A DNA stretch of 64,000 bases from Trueperaceae bacterium (GTDB taxonomy: Bacteria; Deinococcota; Deinococci; Deinococcales; Trueperaceae). The first letter of the stretch is position 1. Each line of letters starts with the position of its first letter. The notes beneath the pieces were generated by a model. The model was not told where the DNA came from. It did no database searches and saw nothing but the letters and a program-made list of their open reading frames with translations. Below are positions 10,421 through 20,807 of this stretch, piece by piece. The position numbers and the translations under genes are program-made. The stretch covers positions 4,192,001 to 4,256,000 of the forward strand of contig OZ243956.1 in the NCBI GenBank assembly GCA_965214405.1. The letters run 5' to 3'.

Positions 10421-13400
10421 GTGCTGAGCTGGAGGTATATCGACCTTCACGGGCTGCGCCATTCTCCAAACGTATGCCACAATGTTTTCAATGTGGTGAC
10501 GCTTCTAAGCGCGCTTGGCGTACTCATTGTTAACGGAGTCGTCTCCGGGGCCGCCTGGGACCTTACGAAGGCTGCGTGGGCAAGATCTCAGCAGCGCCCC
10601 TGGGAGACCCTCTATCTTGACGCTTTCGCCCAAGCTGTGGATGAAATGCGCCCCGAGCTCGAAGGCTTTGCGGATGGAGGGGAAGTGCGTGTCGACAGGC
10701 AGGCGCTTCAAAGGCTTTTACATCAAGACCTCGTGCTTAACATCGTTGATCTTACCCCCAGCGACTTAGCCCGCGACGGCGTGGTCTCAGCGGTCGCCGC
10801 AGCCATGCAAAAAGCCGACATCGTAGTGGTTGGCGGTCACACCTTGTCCGATGACAGTTACGCACAGCTGGTGCGGAATTTGGTCAAGCGAGCCCACGCG
10901 GCCCTCCGGGAAGCTGTTGTGCATGACACCCCGGCATTTCGGCGGGCGCTCCTGGCTGAAAGCCAAGGGAACCGAACGGCACTCGCCGAGACGCAAGCAC
11001 TTTTCGAGCAGAAATTTGACGTAGCCATTGATTTACTTAGCAGCATTGACCAAGGCAATCGGGAAATTATCAAAGGCAACCAAGAGATTGTCAACAGACT
11101 GAACACCATAGACCAGAACCAGAAGAGGGGAGCGGTTGGCGATTATTTCCAGGAACAACTGGGATTGCGGCTTACCAGCAGCGCGGAGAAGCGCTTAGAG
11201 GACCTCAAGGAGGCTTGGCTAGAGGGAAAGAGGGCACAGGTGGAACGTGACCTAGCCAGCCTTAAAAATGATGATTTTCATTGGGGCGTGCTCGAGCGGG
11301 GTGCCAAAGCGAATTATCTGCGGTTCGAGGCGCGCACCTGCCCACGGGGCGAGCGCCGGAAAGCGGGCGAGCTGGCGGAGGAGGCCAGAGTGCTAGCCCC
11401 GGACGCAGCCAAGGACGCGCGGTTACAGGCGTGGCTCGCTTATCTGGAGGGCGACTACGCCTCGGCACTCAAAGAGCTTGCGGGCCAGGATGACCTGGAG
11501 AGCGTCAACCTCCGCGCCCTCCTCTTGCTCGAGACGGGAGAGCTGGCGGAGGCCGAGCGGGTCCTCCGGCTCGAGGGCCTCGGGCTGAAGCCTGACGCAG
11601 AGACGCACCGGATTTGCGCCCTGGTCAATGCAACGAAAAAAGACCTCGCGCGGGCGCGGCGTGAGGCCGACCACGCCCGCGCGCTGAAGCCTCGCCGAGT
11701 CAACACCCGCTTTACTAGCGCCGCTGTCGACTACCTAAGCGGGGTGTCTCCCGCCGCAGTCGATGTTAGCGCCTCACCTCCACTTGTTAACCCATTTTTC
11801 CTGAAACAAGACGAAGACAGCCGGTCACACGTGCGCCGCGCGGCAAAGGTTTTCAAGGAGTTGGCTGAAGAAATGCAAGACCAGCCGGGCGAACGACAGG
11901 CTCACGAGGCTTGGCACCTCGTCTGCTTAGCACACGATCCTACCCGCCTCGAGGAGGCCGTCGCGTACTGTAGAAGTTTACTCGCGGCCAACCCGCGTCA
12001 TGACCAGGCGATTCGGTGGGCGTGCGCCAACAGGCTCGAGAACACCCTGCCTCTTGAGGCCAGTCGTGAGGCCTTATCAAGTTCGGTAGAAGAAGGCGAG
12101 GCGAATGTTGGCGAGATCGCCGCGCTGGTCGGTTGTCACCTCGCTGCCGCTGATGCCCGCGCGGCCGCTCACCTGCTCGAACAATCCAAGTCAACCTTCG
12201 AGAGCGCCAGGGCGACGGAGTGGTGGACGTTCTGGCGGCTACGCCTCATGGCTATGACAGGCCAAACGGGGCCAGCCCTTATGGAGATAAACCGGTCTGA
12301 ACCGACCCTCGATATGAGGCACGTGAGGATGGATGTTTTGCGAGAGTTGGCAAAAAATTTGGGTGACTGGCAACCTCTTGGCGCGTTTTTAGACAACAGC
12401 TATAAGGAGACGGAACACCCCTTCTTCCTGGTCGAGAGCTGTAAGCTGCGCGCCTGGCTCGAGGACTGGGCGTACGTCGCCGACCACGCCCAGGCCCTCG
12501 TTAATGGCGTGGGCACCGCGGACGCCGTCCAGCTGGCTGCTACGGGCACTTACCACGCGGGCCGTTACGGGTCCTGCCTGACGCTGCTCGAGGGGAGCGA
12601 GAAGTATTTCCCCGCAGGAAAATTTCCGGAGCGGCTGGACGAACTGAAGGTGAACTGTTACGCAGCATCGGGCCGCATCAGGGACGCCGTCGCAGAGGCG
12701 GAAAGGTTCTCTGGCCTAGAGCCAAGTACGGCAAAACTGTTTCAACTTCTCAACCTATATGTAGCTTCTCTCAACCTAGATCAAGCTGTGGCCGCGGCCG
12801 GAAAGCTTGAAGATAAGGAAGACCTCGCCGCGCCTCACTTGTTACAGCTCGCGAATCTGACAAAACATCGGGACGCTCCACTTTCAGTACGGCTGTGGAA
12901 GCGGGCCGAGTCGTCCGGCCTACCCGACGCTCTGGTGGGCCAAGCACTCGGGCTCGCCTTCCAGCTCGGCTTGGATGAGGAGGCTCAGAGGCTGCTAAGC
13001 CGCGCCGCGGACCTGCCAGAACCTGAAAGCGCGGGGGTCTACAGACTCTCGCCTCACGAGACCATACCTGTGTTCAAAGAACGTCAGGACGTTCAAGCGC
13101 GGCTGTGGGACGCATACGAGCGGGGAGTTCTTCCTGTTCACGCCGTTGCCGAACCGCTCAACAGGTCCCTCGTTTCCTACTTTCACACGGGCCCGACGTT
13201 CAACGAACGTAGCCCCAACCCCGCCCGCCAGGAGGCGATCTTCATCCGACACGGCGGCCGCGCTGACGTGGGCGTCGTCGGCAGCGGCGCGGCCCTTTGC
13301 CTCGACGTCTCCGCGCTACTTCTGGCCCGCCACCTCGACATCCTTGACGCCGTGGTAGAGGTGTACGGCCCGCTCACCTTTGCTCAAGAGGTGAGTTACG

Positions 13401-16400
13401 CCCTCTTACACGCGCGGGACAAGATTTTAGATCACCAGCCTAGAAGGTTCGCGGTCATGCGGACCATCACAGAACTGGTGCGGCAGCGTCACGTCAGAAT
13501 TGTTAAAGAGCAGCTAGCCGAAGAAATCCTTGATGAAACACTCCAAAAGCAGTTAGGCGCAGGGTGGGCCGCCCTGTTCGCGGAGGCGAAGCGGACGGGC
13601 GGATACCTCGTCGATTACTTACCGCTCCACAACCTTGACGGTCCTATCCCTCTAGTACCGGAGGGTGCCGAGAACCACCTCGTCAACTGCCGCGCTCTCC
13701 TTAACGCTCTCCCTCTGGCGCAGGCGGAACGTGACAGTCTGCTAGAACAACTAGGCAGTGCGGGGCGGGGTGACGGACTTTATACCCGCCCCGAAAGAAA
13801 CAAGCCCCTCTTCCTACGGGGGAATATCGCTGAAGTCCTTGCCAGGGCTGGTGCCTTGAGGCGGGTCTGCGAGCACTTTCCGGTTTATATAGAACAGCGG
13901 ACGCTTGATCGGCTCGAGGCGGAACTCTCTTACCATAGTGCCCGGCAGGAGCAGCTCGACTGGCTTGATGACCTGATAGGACACCTGCAGCGCGGGATTC
14001 AGATGGGCGCCTACCTCCTTTTGCCCGCATCGCCTGAGCCTATGCGTGAGCGCGCCGCGGAAACAGACGATGTGAATCTCGACGCGCTCGCGTCACTTCT
14101 TCATCACCCGCCGGCTCAGGACGGCGTATATTGGATTGACGACAGGTATTTAACATCCAGCAGCGTTTATCAAGGACAACCTATCGTCGGCATCAACGAG
14201 GTCCTCAAGGGATTATGGCGGGTAGGCCGCTTAAGCTCGGACGAGTATTACAGTAAGCTCGATAGGTTACGGAACGGGAACTTCCGCTTCATACCTATCG
14301 AAGTGGACGAGGTCCTATACCACCTGCGCCAGGCACCCGTAGAGGGCGGCGGGGTAGTGGCTGAGACGCCGCAGCTCGCCACCCTGCGGCGCTACACCGC
14401 CGCCTGGCTCTCACGGGCGCACCTGCTCCAGCGCCCCCCGCGCTTGCACGGTGACGCGGCGCGTAACGGCGAGCTCATCTTCGCGGTGAGGCTTAACCGT
14501 GTGGTGGACGAGGCGCTGGCCGCGGTGTGGCTGAGCGAAGATGAGGATGCCGTCTGCCGGGCGTACTCGGCCTGGGTTTTAGAGAGCCTCAACACCGACA
14601 TCCTCGGGCTGCGGAGCGCGACGGCGCTCCAGAGTGACCGGCAAGACGACCTCGGCTTGTCCGCCATGAGCGTGATGACGCTGATAATGAACGCCTTGCA
14701 CATGCCGCCTAATAAAAGACAACGTTACTTCGCCTGGTTAGAAGACCGCCTGCTGCTCGCGCTGTTCGACGGGCGTTCCGACTTCGTCGAGGGCGTCACC
14801 CACTCCCTGAAGAACTATTATCTTTTGATTGTTAACATGGATGTGGAGGCTACCGGGGCGGCCAGACTATTGATCCGGCGCTTTCACGACGATTTGCCCA
14901 AGGCCCTCCGGAAGGCGCTCGAGAGCGACCAAGCCTTCATGAAGCGCTTGGGCACCGAGGCGTCGCCCGTGGTGGCGGTCGGTGACATCAGTTTCGACGC
15001 CCTGGCTTTCTGGGAGGCCGCGCGAGAGGCGGTCAACGGCAGGCCGGCTGAGCTAGCGATGTTCAACGGCCACGAGCGCGTCACCCTCCGGCCCATAGGC
15101 GACCACCGGATAGGCTTCCACCACCCGCGCACGGAAGAGGGGATTGATGTGGGCGACTTTGCGCCCTTGCTCGCCTCGCCTGACGCACGCGAGCAGGCGT
15201 TGCGCCAACGGCGTGTCTGGTTCGACTGCCCCCGCGACATCGCGGAGCGGGCGCTCCGCGACATCCTCGACATCGGAGACGGTGCCGCGCGTCTCGCGGC
15301 GGCGCACGCCTGGCGGGACGCGAGCCCGACCCTCTACTACGACCTACTAGGCCGAAGGTCGGTCAGCCAGCCGTCGACACCCCTTAAAGACCTTTCGCCT
15401 CCCGACGCGAAACGCCTGCTATGGCACTACCGCCTTCCCGAAGATTTTGGGGACGACTTCGGGGGGGCACTCGCCGCGGCGGCGAGCCAGCTCACCGAAG
15501 AGGAGGGCTTGGAAGCGGCCGTTAAACGCCTGGCGTGCTTTCCAGTGCCCCTACCGCAGGGCGTTATAAACGAGGTGAGAGCGCTAGCGGAGAAAGATCG
15601 GCTGGACCTCGTGCTGCGGCTGGCCCGCGCCCCACGCTCGCCTCTGTCACAGCTCCATTTCCTGCGGCTCGTAGATGAATTCCGGGATGAGGCGCGCGCT
15701 TACCGGCGTTTGGCGCGGCACACAGCTCAGTCACTTTTGGGCGTTGACGGCGTCAAAACGTTCGATGCCTTTCAGGCGCTCCTCCACTGGGTCAGCAGCG
15801 AGTCTCAGGTCTGGCCAGAGGTGGCCGACTGGCCTCCGGCTACCCGCCTGGCGCTGGTGTGGACGCACACCCACCGGCTGTTTTCTATCCTCACCCCGGA
15901 AGGTACAGACTTAACGAGGTTCACAGCGTTTTTTTCCTACCAGCGGCGGTTGTCCGCGGAGCTGTTCGTGCGCTCACCCGCCTACTGGTTCGACGTGGCC
16001 CACCCGCGCCAGGTGTATCACATCAACTTTCTGCTCTGCGGCCTCTCCTACGCGCTCAATCGGACCGTCCCGCCTTATCTGGCACCCCCCCTCCGGGACC
16101 TCCTCGACCCCGAGAAGAACGGCGGGATGAGGTTCACCTACCGCGACCTCGACCGCGCGACCAACAGCCTGGACAGCTTTTTCACGAACGCTTTCAGGGA
16201 AACGCTCGTCGGCACCCTGCAAGCTGAACATCGGCGGGCGGCATCAGCGGAGAGCTTTCGGGACCCGTTGGTCAACGCTCTGGACAAGATCGACGTGGAA
16301 GGCGAGGAATATCTGGTGTGGCTTTATATCCAGGTCCTGCTGGGCGAGCTGCCGCCTTATCCCGAGGCTGTCCAAAAGCTGACGCAGACCGTCCTTTTGA

Positions 16401-16810
16401 CGGACTTCGTGGCGCTGACCAAGCGAAGGCCGCAGGATGGCCTTCTGGCTCTGCACGCGGCGTCGGTACAGACGAGACATCTCATTAGTGAGAAGGCCAA
16501 GCAGCATGTTAAGGCTCATCTCATCTCTGTCTGCCGCCACCTGGCCTCTGAGTACGACGAGAGGGGCGAACGGAACCCCGAGACGGCGCTTTCTATGCTC
16601 TCGGAGAGCGTTTTTAACATCTGTGCGGGTGAGACTGAAGAGGAGGGCGTGCTGACAGAAGTGGAAAGGCTGTTGACCCGGATGGTGGACGGGTGGCCGG
16701 CTCTTGCCGCCAACCTCCGGCCCGTCGTCCAAAGATTCTGCGAAGAGATGCCGCCTTCGCAGGCGAAGCACTTCTGGCCGCTACTTATCCGACTGCGGGC
16801 GGAACGGTAG
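10421..16810 (+). CDS. Very large helical-repeat (TPR-like) protein with PIN-like domain; candidate defence protein
   Basis: 2129-aa uninterrupted ORF; TPR-like repeats; PIN-like LCLDVSALL and YWIDDRYL motifs; start codon uncertain. Confidence 0.55.
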   Translation: MLSWRYIDLHGLRHSPNVCHNVFNVVTLLSALGVLIVNGVVSGAAWDLTKAAWARSQQRPWETLYLDAFAQAVDEMRPELEGFADGGEVRVDRQALQRLLHQDLVLNIVDLTPSDLARDGVVSAVAAAMQKADIVVVGGHTLSDDSYAQLVRNLVKRAHAALREAVVHDTPAFRRALLAESQGNRTALAETQALFEQKFDVAIDLLSSIDQGNREIIKGNQEIVNRLNTIDQNQKRGAVGDYFQEQLGLRLTSSAEKRLEDLKEAWLEGKRAQVERDLASLKNDDFHWGVLERGAKANYLRFEARTCPRGERRKAGELAEEARVLAPDAAKDARLQAWLAYLEGDYASALKELAGQDDLESVNLRALLLLETGELAEAERVLRLEGLGLKPDAETHRICALVNATKKDLARARREADHARALKPRRVNTRFTSAAVDYLSGVSPAAVDVSASPPLVNPFFLKQDEDSRSHVRRAAKVFKELAEEMQDQPGERQAHEAWHLVCLAHDPTRLEEAVAYCRSLLAANPRHDQAIRWACANRLENTLPLEASREALSSSVEEGEANVGEIAALVGCHLAAADARAAAHLLEQSKSTFESARATEWWTFWRLRLMAMTGQTGPALMEINRSEPTLDMRHVRMDVLRELAKNLGDWQPLGAFLDNSYKETEHPFFLVESCKLRAWLEDWAYVADHAQALVNGVGTADAVQLAATGTYHAGRYGSCLTLLEGSEKYFPAGKFPERLDELKVNCYAASGRIRDAVAEAERFSGLEPSTAKLFQLLNLYVASLNLDQAVAAAGKLEDKEDLAAPHLLQLANLTKHRDAPLSVRLWKRAESSGLPDALVGQALGLAFQLGLDEEAQRLLSRAADLPEPESAGVYRLSPHETIPVFKERQDVQARLWDAYERGVLPVHAVAEPLNRSLVSYFHTGPTFNERSPNPARQEAIFIRHGGRADVGVVGSGAALCLDVSALLLARHLDILDAVVEVYGPLTFAQEVSYALLHARDKILDHQPRRFAVMRTITELVRQRHVRIVKEQLAEEILDETLQKQLGAGWAALFAEAKRTGGYLVDYLPLHNLDGPIPLVPEGAENHLVNCRALLNALPLAQAERDSLLEQLGSAGRGDGLYTRPERNKPLFLRGNIAEVLARAGALRRVCEHFPVYIEQRTLDRLEAELSYHSARQEQLDWLDDLIGHLQRGIQMGAYLLLPASPEPMRERAAETDDVNLDALASLLHHPPAQDGVYWIDDRYLTSSSVYQGQPIVGINEVLKGLWRVGRLSSDEYYSKLDRLRNGNFRFIPIEVDEVLYHLRQAPVEGGGVVAETPQLATLRRYTAAWLSRAHLLQRPPRLHGDAARNGELIFAVRLNRVVDEALAAVWLSEDEDAVCRAYSAWVLESLNTDILGLRSATALQSDRQDDLGLSAMSVMTLIMNALHMPPNKRQRYFAWLEDRLLLALFDGRSDFVEGVTHSLKNYYLLIVNMDVEATGAARLLIRRFHDDLPKALRKALESDQAFMKRLGTEASPVVAVGDISFDALAFWEAAREAVNGRPAELAMFNGHERVTLRPIGDHRIGFHHPRTEEGIDVGDFAPLLASPDAREQALRQRRVWFDCPRDIAERALRDILDIGDGAARLAAAHAWRDASPTLYYDLLGRRSVSQPSTPLKDLSPPDAKRLLWHYRLPEDFGDDFGGALAAAASQLTEEEGLEAAVKRLACFPVPLPQGVINEVRALAEKDRLDLVLRLARAPRSPLSQLHFLRLVDEFRDEARAYRRLARHTAQSLLGVDGVKTFDAFQALLHWVSSESQVWPEVADWPPATRLALVWTHTHRLFSILTPEGTDLTRFTAFFSYQRRLSAELFVRSPAYWFDVAHPRQVYHINFLLCGLSYALNRTVPPYLAPPLRDLLDPEKNGGMRFTYRDLDRATNSLDSFFTNAFRETLVGTLQAEHRRAASAESFRDPLVNALDKIDVEGEEYLVWLYIQVLLGELPPYPEAVQKLTQTVLLTDFVALTKRRPQDGLLALHAASVQTRHLISEKAKQHVKAHLISVCRHLASEYDERGERNPETALSMLSESVFNICAGETEEEGVLTEVERLLTRMVDGWPALAANLRPVVQRFCEEMPPSQAKHFWPLLIRLRAER

Positions 16811-17084
16811 AGTAAAGCGTTCCTTTCCTCTTCAAGAAAGCCGAAGGAGTTCGGTAAGATGCCGGGCATTCTCATTCACCCGACATAGGCGCTCTTCACC
16901 TCAGCGAGCTTTACGTTGGGTTCATAACCAGACGCCAGAGTAAGGTTATCACTCTGTTCCGTGAGCGATAACAGGTAAGAAGCTGCTATGAAAAACCCGA
17001 CGTGGGTGTTAAGGCGCCCAACATATGATGCGAGCGGTGTTTACGACGGCAATATCGGCATCGCGCCTAGAAAGGAGCAAAGGG

Positions 17085-17591
17085 ATGGACGGCATCGAAG
17101 TCGAGCCAAGGCATTTCGAGATTCAGGACAATCGAGGGCGGACGTTCGTTGTCAGGGAGCACATCTACGAGCCTTTTTACACGCTCCACCTGCTCAAGGA
17201 CGGCCACAGGATCGGCTATTGCAACTTTATGGTCAAGGGAGAGACGGCAGAGCTCCACGACATCAACCTCTATGACGCGCCATCACCAACCACCCCGCTG
17301 GCGCGTTTCGCCCGCTCCCTCACAGGCGAGCGGAGTTACCGCGGTCTGGGTCTCGGCAGCCAACTTCTGCACATGGCGGAGGATTATGCCAGGTCGAAGG
17401 GCGCTAAAGAGGTAACGGGCTGGATCAGCAAGGTGGACATGGCCCACCTCTCAAAGGTCGTTCGGTTTTACCGGCGGTCGGGCTACGAGGTTTGGCACTC
17501 CGACGCTTGGGAAAAGTCACGATCGGCCGGCGCGTTCGACGTGGCCCGCATCTGCAAGGTTCTGGCTGTCGGCCCCGCGCCGGTCGGCTAA
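17085..17591 (+). CDS. GNAT-family acetyltransferase
   Basis: YRGLGLGSQLL acetyl-CoA motif and RFYRRSGY; AGGAG RBS before ATG 17085. Confidence 0.8.
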   Translation: MDGIEVEPRHFEIQDNRGRTFVVREHIYEPFYTLHLLKDGHRIGYCNFMVKGETAELHDINLYDAPSPTTPLARFARSLTGERSYRGLGLGSQLLHMAEDYARSKGAKEVTGWISKVDMAHLSKVVRFYRRSGYEVWHSDAWEKSRSAGAFDVARICKVLAVGPAPVG

Positions 17592-18342
17592 ACGTGGTGT
17601 TCTCGGGTCGCCCTCGGGACGAGAAGTCCCGGCTGTCGACTAGGAGAGGGGTGTTGCTGGGCGACGTGGCCCCCTTCGGGGGCGACTGACCCGAATCCTT
17701 GGGCACCCAGGAGTGCCGCTTTCTGGGCACGCCCGCCTCGCTCCTCGGCTCCAGGCTGCGCGAGGTGACCACATTTCTGTTTGGGCAGAGCCACCGCTCG
17801 AGCGCTTATGACGCGCTTCTGACCGACCTGCGTAAGCGGAGCCTGTTAAGTCGCCCCGCGCCCGGCGGGTTCGCACTGGCAGAGGTGAGGCGCGCCGTAA
17901 CGACCTTCACACCCAAACCTCTCTCGCCTCCTCGTGTCTCACCGCGGCCCTGACCAAGCTCCGCAAGTTCGGCCTGAGTGGACTACCCGGCCGTGGGCAC
18001 GGTGGCGGGCGGGGGCGAACTTCTTCCTGCGGCTTAAGGAGTTCTCCTGAGGGCGTCCTGAGCCGCCCGGTGACTAGGGGAAGCGGGAGAAGTCCAGGGG
18101 GTAGCGGTGGAGCGTGCCGACGCCGTCTCTCAGGAGCAACGTCACGGGCTCGTCGCCGTCACACGCCACCTCGAACGCGAGCACGTCCGTAGGCCAGACC
18201 TCACGCAGGTGCGCCTCGATTTCCTCTAGCGGCCCCTCGACCCCCGTCTCGTCAACGTGGACCAGGCTTGGTGGAGGAGCTGACTGGTGAGGGTCATCCC
18301 CTCCTCCGAGTCGAAGTCGTACCTCAGGAGGACGTGCGGGGG

Positions 18343-18711
18343 CTACTCCGCCAGGAGGAAGTAGTCGACGGGGTACGTCACGCGCACATGTAGAGGTTCT
18401 GGTCGCTCGCCCTCCTCCTCTTCCGCCTCCCAGCCGAGGGTGACCTCGAGGGGGTCGCCCTCGCCGCTCGTCCCGAATACCTGGGCGTTGAACAGGCCGC
18501 GGTCGAGGGCCTCTTTGACGTAGGTGGTGAGGTCGTACGCCACCAGCGGGTGCGCGCGGGCGTCGAGGTGGATCTCCGCCCAAGCGTGATCGTCGAAGCT
18601 CACCTGGTAGCCCAGCGCCCTCAGCAGGGCGACGAAGGCCTCCCTCGTGGTGTAGTGGCGCTCGTGAAGGGGGTCCATCTCGTCGAGGTCGGGGGCGAGG
18701 TCGTCGAGCAT
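18343..18711 (-). CDS. Hypothetical protein
   Basis: 122-aa ORF with GC3-biased codons, adjacent to 18716-19051. Confidence 0.5.
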   Translation of the reverse strand: MLDDLAPDLDEMDPLHERHYTTREAFVALLRALGYQVSFDDHAWAEIHLDARAHPLVAYDLTTYVKEALDRGLFNAQVFGTSGEGDPLEVTLGWEAEEEEGERPEPLHVRVTYPVDYFLLAE

Positions 18712-18715
18712 TGGC

Positions 18716-19051
18716 TTACGCCCACCTTGTTTGCATCCCGAGCGCCTCGGCGAAGCGCCCCCTGCGGTAGTCCTGGACCAGACGGTTGACGTCGGTGAAG
18801 GTGTAAGACGCGACCGAGGGCACCACCGCGTCCAGGGGCTCGAGGAACATCTCCACGTCCCGCGGGCTGAAGCCGTCGAAACGCCCGCGCTCGAAGATGA
18901 ACGAGTAGCCGGGGCGGTCGCCGAGCCTGTAGACCTCGTAGCACACCCCGACCTCGTCCTCTACGCAGACGCCGCTGCCCTTCTTGGCGACGGCGAGGGT
19001 GCCCACTTGGATGGTCATGAAGCATGCTACCGAATCGGCGTGCATGAACAC
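18716..19051 (-). CDS. Hypothetical protein
   Basis: ORF with GC3-biased codons; likely start near ATG MTIQVG. Confidence 0.5.
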   Translation of the reverse strand: MFMHADSVACFMTIQVGTLAVAKKGSGVCVEDEVGVCYEVYRLGDRPGYSFIFERGRFDGFSPRDVEMFLEPLDAVVPSVASYTFTDVNRLVQDYRRGRFAEALGMQTRWA

Positions 19052-19340
19052 CCGGCAGATGTCGGCAGAAGTGCTCGAGTTCCCATAAAAGACCTACCAA
19101 AGGGTTAAACCTTTAGGTCCTGTACTAAGGGGAGCAACCGCCGCTGCTTTCCTCATTATCGGGCGAGGCAAGATCAGTTTACGCTTTAGTGCGTTCTGCA
19201 AACACCCTCTCCTATTTTTGCCAGGCAATCAGCAATCGCGCGATTGTGACGGTTCATAACGCCGCCTGTGCGCTAAAAAAGTGCTTCACAGTATAACCTG
19301 AAAGTTATATACTGCCCTTATGACTTGGTACGATAGTTGA

Positions 19341-19688
19341 ATGCCGTACACCGTCAACACCTCTGAAGCGTTCGAAGACTGGTTTACCAGCCAAGAGGAA
19401 GAGCTACAAAACAGAATTACTGCGATGGTTTCGCTCTTAGAAGAACAAGGCCCCCAACTCCGCCGCCCGTTCGCCGACACCTTGGAAGGCTCGAGCCTGA
19501 GTAACCTGAAAGAATTGAGGGTGCAGCACCGGGGCGACCCCTACCGCATCCTGTTTGCCTTCGACCCCAAACGCGAGGCGCTGCTGCTGATCGGCGGCAA
19601 TAAGGCCGGTGACAAGCGCTGGTACAAGAAGATGATACCGGTAGCCGAAGCGATCTTCGAGAAACACCTAGAAAGCTTAAAGGAGTAA
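19341..19688 (+). CDS. RelE/ParE-superfamily (HigB-like) toxin
   Basis: GPQLRRPFADTLEGS, LKELRV, YRILFAFDP, LLIGGNK; upstream of an XRE gene. Confidence 0.85.
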   Translation: MPYTVNTSEAFEDWFTSQEEELQNRITAMVSLLEEQGPQLRRPFADTLEGSSLSNLKELRVQHRGDPYRILFAFDPKREALLLIGGNKAGDKRWYKKMIPVAEAIFEKHLESLKE

Positions 19689-19692
19689 AACA

Positions 19693-20031
19693 ATGGCAAA
19701 ACCTTTCAGCGACCTAACAAAGCACTTCAGCGAGGAGCGCAAAGCCAAGATCGAGAAAGAGAAGCAAATTCTCTTTCTGGAATATGACGTTATCTCTCAA
19801 CTGAGGAAAGATCAGGAGCTGACCCAGCAGGAATTAGCCGACATTTTAGAAATTCGGCAGGCGGCAATCTCTAAGATCGAGGCTCAGGATGACATTCTGG
19901 TCAGGACCCTTGAGAAGTACGTCAAAGCCTTAGGGGGTGAGCTTGAGATCACGGCGAGGTTCCCCGACAAGGTGGTCTCGCTGAAACAGTTTACTGACCG
20001 TCTGCACCGAGAAGAGGTGCGGGTCCACTAG
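19693..20031 (+). CDS. XRE-family HTH antitoxin (HigA-like)
   Basis: LTQQELADILEIRQAAISKIE HTH; TLEKYVKALGGELEI. Confidence 0.85.
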   Translation: MAKPFSDLTKHFSEERKAKIEKEKQILFLEYDVISQLRKDQELTQQELADILEIRQAAISKIEAQDDILVRTLEKYVKALGGELEITARFPDKVVSLKQFTDRLHREEVRVH

Positions 20032-20807
20032 CGGGCGTCAGCCCTGTCACGGTTCAAAGAAGTGCTGGTAAGTGATAGGCGCGAGCTACATTAAAGGCCC
20101 ACGGCGACCCCGAAAACCATGTACCTGAAGACATTATCATAGACGTTATAGATGCGCTCCTCGAGACTTACGCAATTGTGCAGCGGGACGAAGCGCTTTG
20201 AAACGCGGTGCTGCGTGAAAGGGTTCAAAAGGGCACTGACCGTGGACGTACAGAAGCTCACGACCGCAAAGCGAAACGCTCGACGCCTCTGTGGGGGGAG
20301 GGTCGAAGAAACGCTTTCGCTTGAGCTGCGGGTGGTATTTGCCGAGATCGGCCAGCGTCTGCCGGAGGTCTGGTCGACGGAGGCACTTTCACTTTCGTTC
20401 AATCTTCCCACGCTTCCCCTAGTCCGTGACCGACTTGAGGCTGTGGGCCACCGGAACGTTGTCCCCGGAGCTTCGCACCTTGAACCGCTTCGCAGCACGT
20501 CCAGATAGGGGCATCTGGGTATCACAGAGTCTGTGTGAGCAGTATGCCCTTCTGACTTTCTCGGTCGCAGCCGTCAAAGACGGCGGGTTTCCACGAGGAA
20601 CTATATGGGTGACGACATACTGATCTACTGCATAAAGGTCGGGCGAGTTTTGAGATGACCTCCTAGTCAAAAAGCATCTACAGAGACAAGACTTCATCAT
20701 ATTGAAACCGTTCTAGTTAAGTTAAAATAGACGCATCTTTAAACGCTCCGTGACACTATCTAAGACTTAGGTCATGGCACTAGCCAAGTAAGAAAGGACT
20801 ATGGATC

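Noticed and set aside
20032..20807. Excisionase or regulator upstream of the integrase
   Set aside because: No ORF with a recognisable HTH or credible start
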